Shown piece by piece: positions 57,957 through 64,000 of a DNA stretch of 64,000 nt. Numbering within the stretch: position 1 is the stretch's first letter; each line of letters opens with the position of its first letter. The stretch covers positions 928,001 to 992,000 of the forward strand of contig CP169074.1 of NCBI GenBank assembly GCA_041891055.1, given 5' to 3'. The DNA comes from Halorutilales archaeon Cl-col2-1. GTDB lineage: Archaea > Halobacteriota > Halobacteria > Halobacteriales > Afararchaeaceae. The translations under genes were made by a program, and so were the position numbers. The notes below the pieces were generated by a model that had not been told where the DNA came from, did no database searches, and saw only the letters and a list, made by a program, of their open reading frames with translations.

Positions 57957-60671
57957 CTACGCTCGGGCTTTGTTCCAGTCTATTATAGACTGTATTATCT
58001 CCGTACGTGTATATTTTACATCATCTATTTCATTGCTGTCGTCTATATTCCATTCGATGATTCTGTTTATGACAGTCTGTCTGTCTACAGGCCTGCCATT
58101 TCGATCACCGAACGGATTGTTCGGATCAAGAGACCCCTTGTCCTCAACAACGAATACTATTGAGGATGCCGTACCATCACTAAGCTCAGCATTCACAGTT
58201 CCTGTTTCACCGATAGATTGGTTTGATATATTAGCAGTAATGGAGTAACTACTGTTCAAAGTATCCCCATCAGTACCGAGAAGCTCAACGAATTCAACTG
58301 ATTCATTGATTCCATCACCGTCAGTATCGTTCAGAGTCACAAACTGCGCCTGGGTAGTATCAGTTGGGGATATATCTATGTCAAAGTTGCTCTCTCCAAA
58401 CGTTACCGTCGTTTGTCCAGTACTTACATTCGAAACAGACACGTTCACATAGATCTGATCCGATAATCCGTCACTGTCGGTGTCAGACAAGGAAGTCTGT
58501 ATCTCGTCTATTTGAGCACCGTCGTTAGGACTTACCGAAACAGCCTCACTCGTCGTATCTGTCGCACCATTGTCATCTTTGATAGTAAGCTGAACCAAGT
58601 ACTGTCCTGAACTACTGTATGAGTGCGAGGTGACTTTCTTCGACGCAGTCGTTCCGTCGCCGAAGCTCCAGCTATAACTCTGTATATCTCCATCTGGATC
58701 CGAAGAACTGGATCCATCAAATACTACACTGTGGGAAGCTGTAGGTCTATCCGGAGTGTAGCTAAAAGTGGCTTTTGGCGGTGTATTATTTTCTTCAATT
58801 GTAACTTCACGGGAATCACTGTGATTATCGCTCCGGACAGAAGCGACATAGGTACCATTATCACCTTTTTGAGTTGACCATTGGAAGTGTAATAATTTCG
58901 CCTCACTACTTCGTAGAGAAACTTGGGTAGAATCACGGACATTACCTCCAACCTCGAGTTTAACTTTCTGAGTTGCGGTCAGATCCCCCGTATTCACAAC
59001 TGTCGAGTTGACTGAGAGCGTTTCCCCCTCGATTATAGGAGAGTTCGTGGAATTAAGTGTAACTTCGAAGTTTGCGGGAGTCTTCTCACTTAGATAGATA
59101 TTCCTCTCAACATCCTCATCACGCCGGAGTGTTACTGTCTCAGTCACATTCTCGTACCCAGGGGCGGACACTTCGAGCTCCCAAGTGCCCTCGGCGAGAC
59201 CAGCCTTGTACTTACCGCTCGTAGTGTCGACTCGGAGACCCTCAACTATTACCTCAGACTCCTCAATCGGTACCCCGGTACTATTGACGACAGTCCCAGA
59301 GACAGACGCGGTGTCACGGAGATGTCTAGTAGCCGAGAAAGCATCCGCAACGCCATGCCCATATCTTGTACTTGGCATCTCCGTCTCTGACCCGTAGGCT
59401 GTGAGTGCAAAAGCGTCGGAGATTCTTCGTGGGCTTTTATCACCCGCAGCCGAGATAGCGAGAGCAGTGGCTCCTGCAAGATGAGGTGTCGCCATACTCG
59501 TGCCCGACTGCGTTCGATATCCTCCATCGGCTGATGTACTGTTCACATACACACCTGCGGCTACCACATCAGGTACGACGTACTCACTGGGCCAGTCTTT
59601 CGGGGCTGAGGTACCCCACTCTGAGTCAGTATCAATCTCTTCTCCACTAGAGAAGTTGGGTACATCGAGGTTACTGTCTACCGCACCCACACTGAGAACG
59701 TCGTAGACATTGCCCGGCGATGAGCTCGTCCCATCCCCGCTGTTTCCGGTTGATGTCGCAACTACGGTTCCCATCTGGTTAGCGTTTTCAACTGCGTCAA
59801 TCCAGGCTTGATCCGTAGCTCCACCTATGCTCATCGTAACTACATCCGCGTCATTTTCGACAGCCCACTCAAGACCGGCGAGTGCTTGGGATAATGTCCC
59901 AGTTGTGTCGTTCATCACTAACGCATGCATCAGAGACACGTTTGGCGCAACTCCTGTGTGATCGCCTGCGACGATGCCAGAGACATGTGTTCCGTGGTTA
60001 CCCGTGTCGTGGGGCTCCGAGTTAGGAACACGTCCCCCATATGGATCAAACTCAGCCCATCCTCCAGGATAGGTAGGATCAGAGGAGTCAGTCGTATATA
60101 GTTCTATGTCGGAGTGTGATACATTAACTCCAGAGTCAAGAACCGCTACTTTGACACCTGAACCCCTAGTGCCGTACTGAGACCAGACCTTCGTAGCGTT
60201 TATCTGTTCTATGCCGTAAGTAGTTGCCGTGGTTGTTATAGTCGACGTGGCTGTTATAGGCGATGTTGTAGGTTTAGCCGATGACGAGTTAGGAATCTTG
60301 ATCCGGGAATTTGGCTCAATAGAACGCACTCCATCGATACGGGTAAGCTTCTCGTAGTCATACCCCGGTCGGATCTCGACGAGTACGGAGTTAGTTATCC
60401 AGAACTTCTTGAGAACTCTCACTCCGTCAGTCGACTCGGCGTGGTCAGTCAGGGAATACTGAGAGGTCTTGACTTTGTGTCTCCTCTCAGACTTGGTGGT
60501 GACAGATCTTAGATCCTGTAAGTTGACGAGAACCTCCATGGGTTGATTTGTAGACTCGATCTCGGTTCTGGCATCCTGTGTAACTACGGTGTCCGAAGCC
60601 GTAGCTGTTGGAAAAGAAAGCAGAAGTACGAGTGTTAAGACAGTGAGGGGTAGTGTGATTCTCATGCCCAT
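57957..60671 (-). CDS. Secreted S8 subtilase with propeptide, Ig-like/CARDB/PKD domains, DxDGDG domain and WN tag
   Basis: VAVLDSG, HGTHVSG, GTSMATPH triad; PKD DGSSSSDPDG..YSWSFGDG; shared domain ~58146-58512; tag ~57957-58125. Confidence 0.93.
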   Translation of the reverse strand: MGMRITLPLTVLTLVLLLSFPTATASDTVVTQDARTEIESTNQPMEVLVNLQDLRSVTTKSERRHKVKTSQYSLTDHAESTDGVRVLKKFWITNSVLVEIRPGYDYEKLTRIDGVRSIEPNSRIKIPNSSSAKPTTSPITATSTITTTATTYGIEQINATKVWSQYGTRGSGVKVAVLDSGVNVSHSDIELYTTDSSDPTYPGGWAEFDPYGGRVPNSEPHDTGNHGTHVSGIVAGDHTGVAPNVSLMHALVMNDTTGTLSQALAGLEWAVENDADVVTMSIGGATDQAWIDAVENANQMGTVVATSTGNSGDGTSSSPGNVYDVLSVGAVDSNLDVPNFSSGEEIDTDSEWGTSAPKDWPSEYVVPDVVAAGVYVNSTSADGGYRTQSGTSMATPHLAGATALAISAAGDKSPRRISDAFALTAYGSETEMPSTRYGHGVADAFSATRHLRDTASVSGTVVNSTGVPIEESEVIVEGLRVDTTSGKYKAGLAEGTWELEVSAPGYENVTETVTLRRDEDVERNIYLSEKTPANFEVTLNSTNSPIIEGETLSVNSTVVNTGDLTATQKVKLEVGGNVRDSTQVSLRSSEAKLLHFQWSTQKGDNGTYVASVRSDNHSDSREVTIEENNTPPKATFSYTPDRPTASHSVVFDGSSSSDPDGDIQSYSWSFGDGTTASKKVTSHSYSSSGQYLVQLTIKDDNGATDTTSEAVSVSPNDGAQIDEIQTSLSDTDSDGLSDQIYVNVSVSNVSTGQTTVTFGESNFDIDISPTDTTQAQFVTLNDTDGDGINESVEFVELLGTDGDTLNSSYSITANISNQSIGETGTVNAELSDGTASSIVFVVEDKGSLDPNNPFGDRNGRPVDRQTVINRIIEWNIDDSNEIDDVKYTRTEIIQSIIDWNKARA

Positions 60672-60794
60672 GTCCAGACTAGGAAAATTGATGTATAAAT
60701 ATGTGGATACTGCAGTCGCTGTTGAGTTGAATAAAAATAGAAGTTGAGATTTTGTTACGCGACGTGAGCCGCGTTCTTGTTAGTGCTACTTAGT

Positions 60795-63515
60795 CTACGC
60801 GGCGTTCCAGTTGACTATGTAGTCGATTATATCGTCACGTGTGTACGACGTTCCGTCTATCTCACCGTTGTTATTCCAGTCAACAATCCTGTCTATGACA
60901 GTATTCCTGTCAACAGGGTTGTTGTTCTGGTCACCGAATGGGTTGTTCTCGGAGAGAACCCCATTGTCTACCTCAACATCCTCGAGCACAACATCACGCG
61001 TGTTGGTACCAGGCTCAAGGTCGTCAATTACAGCGAATCCAGTCTCATCCTGGTACTCCGCAGTTACGCGGTACTGCATACCCGTCCTAATTGCATGCTC
61101 GGTTTCGTTGGGGAACGTGTACTGAGAGTTGCCCTCCGAGACGGGTCTCGGACCGAGGACATTCTCATACTCACCCGATGTCGTGTTGAGCATGTCGAGC
61201 GTGACTATGGGCTCTTCTCCGTCACTGGGTATGGGATCCTCGTTTCTGTCGAGGACATCTCCAGTGATTGTACCGGTGGAGAATATGTCGAACTGACCCT
61301 GGTTGGAGTCGTTGTTGTCGAGGACTCCTTCAGTGTCACTTGTCTTGTAGAGAGCGCCGTTGACGTTCTCAGTGGACGCACTGATATTGACGGAGCCATT
61401 TAGAGCACCACCTACTGTGTAGTTCGTCATAGCAACGCCGTTGTCGTTAGTCGAAACTGTTGTCTGTTCGAGATCGCCGAGGTTACCGTCACCAGTCTCG
61501 ACTATTTCGAGGTCAACGTTCTGGTTGGCTATGGGCTCAAACTCACTGTCAGGCGATCCTTCTTCAGCCGCCTCAACTTCAACGTGAACTCCGTAGTCAT
61601 CTCCGGACGGTATCTCGGAGACCTTGTTGTACTGACCTGTCTCGTTCTCGACAGTCACATCGAGCTTGAAGTCGAGTGCAGCCTCACGGATGTGGTGTGT
61701 GTAGTCGTAGGCAACACCGCTTCCTTCGAAATCCCATACTCTATTTTCCCACGGAGAAACCGTGTAATCCGCGAGTAGTGTGTCCTCGGGAAGTCCTGTG
61801 CTCTCTGAGAGAGTCTGAGCATATACGTCGGTCTCTGACGAGTTGTATATGTTGTAACCGTCAGCCTTGACGTAGATGTGGAAGTCTGCGTTGTCGACGA
61901 GACCAGGTATGACGTACTTGCCTTCCTGACCTTCGACGTTGTCAGCAACGAGGAACGACTCACCGGCGTCGTTCTGGATGTCCTGTATCTCATCGAGGCT
62001 CTGGGGTCCGTCCTCGTAGGCTGCCCAGATCGTGGCGTCGTCGAACATCTCTCTGTTCGTCACGTCGACGACCTCGTGCTGTGAGGCTTTCTCGCCCTCT
62101 ATGAAGTAGAAGGCGTCACTGAGGAGAGCCTCAACACCGTTGGGGGTTCTGCTAAAGTACTCAGGATCACTGGAGTTCGATCCGTAGTTATCGTAAGCGG
62201 GGTCATCAAGAGGACCACTAAGCGGCTGGTCAGTCACCTGTGCGGCGGGTGGTGTGTGACCACCAACGTCTGTCTGACGGAGTAGCTCGGATGCTAGCGT
62301 AACATCATCATCTGCGATATCAGTCGACCACGCGAAGAGGTCTTCTGTACGTAGCGGATCTACGTTCTCCTCAGTCGCGTTGACTGCCGTGATATTGAAC
62401 GTCTCGTAACTGAACACGCCAGTAGTGTCGTTACCGTCTATGTTCGCTGTGGGACTGTCAGGCGTGATTGTTACGCTTATCTGGCGTGATGTATTCTCGT
62501 CAGTCTGGTTGGTAACGAACTCAAGCGGCGATCCGTCGGTTGCGTTCGCGGCTCGGACATTAACCGTTACCTCCATGTCTCCGTGGAGGGGCTGTGTGTC
62601 CTCGTACGAGGACTGTGTCTGAGCGAAGACAGCGAACTGACCCTGGTTGTCGAACTCACCGTTGGCGAAGACCGCGGACGTGTTACCCGTCACACGCTCC
62701 TCGTCAGAGTCGTATGCTCCGACACCGAATACGTTGGGTTCGAGTCCGGTCTGAAGTGTGAGTGTACGTGTCGGACCAGTCCGGTCAGGCTCGAAGAGGC
62801 TGACCTGGTCGGTCTTCGACTCGTACTCGTCCTTCACAGCCCTGATGACGTAGTCGACACTATCGGCTTCATTCGATCCAACTGCGAGGCTGTCGAATGT
62901 GTGAGCGTTGTCGTCATCAGCTAGAGTTACGTTACGTATCGGTGTGGACGTGGAAGCAGTACCGTCCCATTCTCCGGCACGGTAAAGCTCAACGGTTGCA
63001 CCGTTTATCGGATCACCGTTGATGTCATCGATACGGACATTTATGTTACCCTCCTCATCAGTACCGACTGTTAGATCCGTACTCGAGTAAGGATTGATAC
63101 TGAATCCGTGGTAGATGGTATCAGTGGAATCCTTGTTGGTGAGAATGCCCGGAACAGCTATGTCAGTGAACGTCACAGTTGCTGTCTCATTTGCAGGGAT
63201 CGTTACATCCTTCGAGGCCTGTGTTACACCGTTGGACAGACCCTCGTTTTCACTGAAGTTATATTTGACAGTCCCATTTACCTCAGAATCATTGTTATTT
63301 GTGATGTTAATCGATACCTCGTCGAATGTCTGTCCGTGGTAAGCTACACGCGGAAGCTCAGCTGAGTCTCCGTCGAATGCAAAGTCACTGTTACCAGCAT
63401 TGTTAGTAGCAGCTGTAGCACTTCCCGCAAGTGCTCCTACACCTACGCTGAATACCGACATTACCATAAGAGCTGTCAGAAACAGCGACCTAATCTTTTC
63501 TTTACTTGTTGTCAT
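60795..63515 (-). CDS. Large surface glycoprotein with haloarchaeal surface-glycoprotein-type signal peptide and C-terminal WN tag, no TM anchor
   Basis: KIRSLFLTALMVMSVF signal, GGAGGTGA SD, many NxS/T sequons, Ig-like segments, tag ~60795-60950. Confidence 0.88.
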   Translation of the reverse strand: MTTSKEKIRSLFLTALMVMSVFSVGVGALAGSATAATNNAGNSDFAFDGDSAELPRVAYHGQTFDEVSINITNNNDSEVNGTVKYNFSENEGLSNGVTQASKDVTIPANETATVTFTDIAVPGILTNKDSTDTIYHGFSINPYSSTDLTVGTDEEGNINVRIDDINGDPINGATVELYRAGEWDGTASTSTPIRNVTLADDDNAHTFDSLAVGSNEADSVDYVIRAVKDEYESKTDQVSLFEPDRTGPTRTLTLQTGLEPNVFGVGAYDSDEERVTGNTSAVFANGEFDNQGQFAVFAQTQSSYEDTQPLHGDMEVTVNVRAANATDGSPLEFVTNQTDENTSRQISVTITPDSPTANIDGNDTTGVFSYETFNITAVNATEENVDPLRTEDLFAWSTDIADDDVTLASELLRQTDVGGHTPPAAQVTDQPLSGPLDDPAYDNYGSNSSDPEYFSRTPNGVEALLSDAFYFIEGEKASQHEVVDVTNREMFDDATIWAAYEDGPQSLDEIQDIQNDAGESFLVADNVEGQEGKYVIPGLVDNADFHIYVKADGYNIYNSSETDVYAQTLSESTGLPEDTLLADYTVSPWENRVWDFEGSGVAYDYTHHIREAALDFKLDVTVENETGQYNKVSEIPSGDDYGVHVEVEAAEEGSPDSEFEPIANQNVDLEIVETGDGNLGDLEQTTVSTNDNGVAMTNYTVGGALNGSVNISASTENVNGALYKTSDTEGVLDNNDSNQGQFDIFSTGTITGDVLDRNEDPIPSDGEEPIVTLDMLNTTSGEYENVLGPRPVSEGNSQYTFPNETEHAIRTGMQYRVTAEYQDETGFAVIDDLEPGTNTRDVVLEDVEVDNGVLSENNPFGDQNNNPVDRNTVIDRIVDWNNNGEIDGTSYTRDDIIDYIVNWNAA

Positions 63516-63605
63516 GTTTCACCTCCTTTGTATAATACTTGTTTCGCACGCGTGTACGCGTGGACTCTGTACGACTATAGCTTCTCTGCGACTGCGAGTT
63601 TCGTA

Positions 63606-63797
63606 TCATGCTTTTTCACCCTCTTCCATGTCGAAGTAATCCCGAAGGATCTCTTCGAGCATTTCTGAGACCTGCTTTCCTTCTGCGACACCACGACTGC
63701 GGACTTGACGCCAGACCTCCGAGTCGATCTCGATGGTCGTGCGTGTGACGTCCGCCTGTTTATCGTCGTCTGTCGGTTCATCCATTCGTAAGCTCAT
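63606..63797 (-). CDS. Small RHH/CopG-like DNA-binding protein
   Basis: RTTIEIDSEVWRQVR...VSEMLEEILRDYF; start 63797 or 63785. Confidence 0.75.
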   Translation of the reverse strand: MSLRMDEPTDDDKQADVTRTTIEIDSEVWRQVRSRGVAEGKQVSEMLEEILRDYFDMEEGEKA

Positions 63798-64000
63798 CTA
63801 TGTGTCAACTTTCTTACTCTTCTTCCATTCTACTTCTTGTTCTATAACGCTATTCAACTGGCTGTACAGACTGAGGTTTAAGCGAGAAGGCATATAAACT
63901 TTCTGTAACGAGGGGTTAAATGTCAGATATCCAATCACAATTCTCGGCTGAATAACGGCTTTATCGACTGTAGGCGCGCGTCTGTGTGTCGATTCAGCCT

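Overview
Chromosomal window from a halophilic archaeon (strongly acidic proteome, haloarchaeal S-layer gene, intron-containing tRNA-Met). Archaeal-type AdkA and a minD/DUF2226 neighbourhood suggest a deep-branching Halobacteria lineage (inference). Housekeeping genes: smc-scpA, adkA, sua5, thi4, pheA, aroC, trxA/trxB, cobO, rps8e, rps6e, tRNA-Gly, tRNA-Met. Other modules: a PilB/PilC locus, two globin genes, a sulfide-oxidation-like cluster, two toxin-antitoxin pairs and five IS200/IS605-family elements (three with tnpB, two non-autonomous). Two candidates for undescribed systems stand out. (1) At 52.4-63.5 kb, four unrelated secreted proteins share a C-terminal ~50-aa internally duplicated 'WN' tag, while the S-layer protein and two of the tagged proteins share a ~120-aa DxDGDG-containing beta-rich domain. 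This is the layout of a cohesin/dockerin-like display system anchored on the S-layer. (2) About 21 short, sequence-variable but structure-conserved hairpins (mostly C-GNA-G triloops) occur as ~44-54-bp twin-hairpin units inserted into IS ends, into tnpB genes, and as a tandem array against tRNA-Gly. All assignments come from motif recognition by eye; no database search was run.
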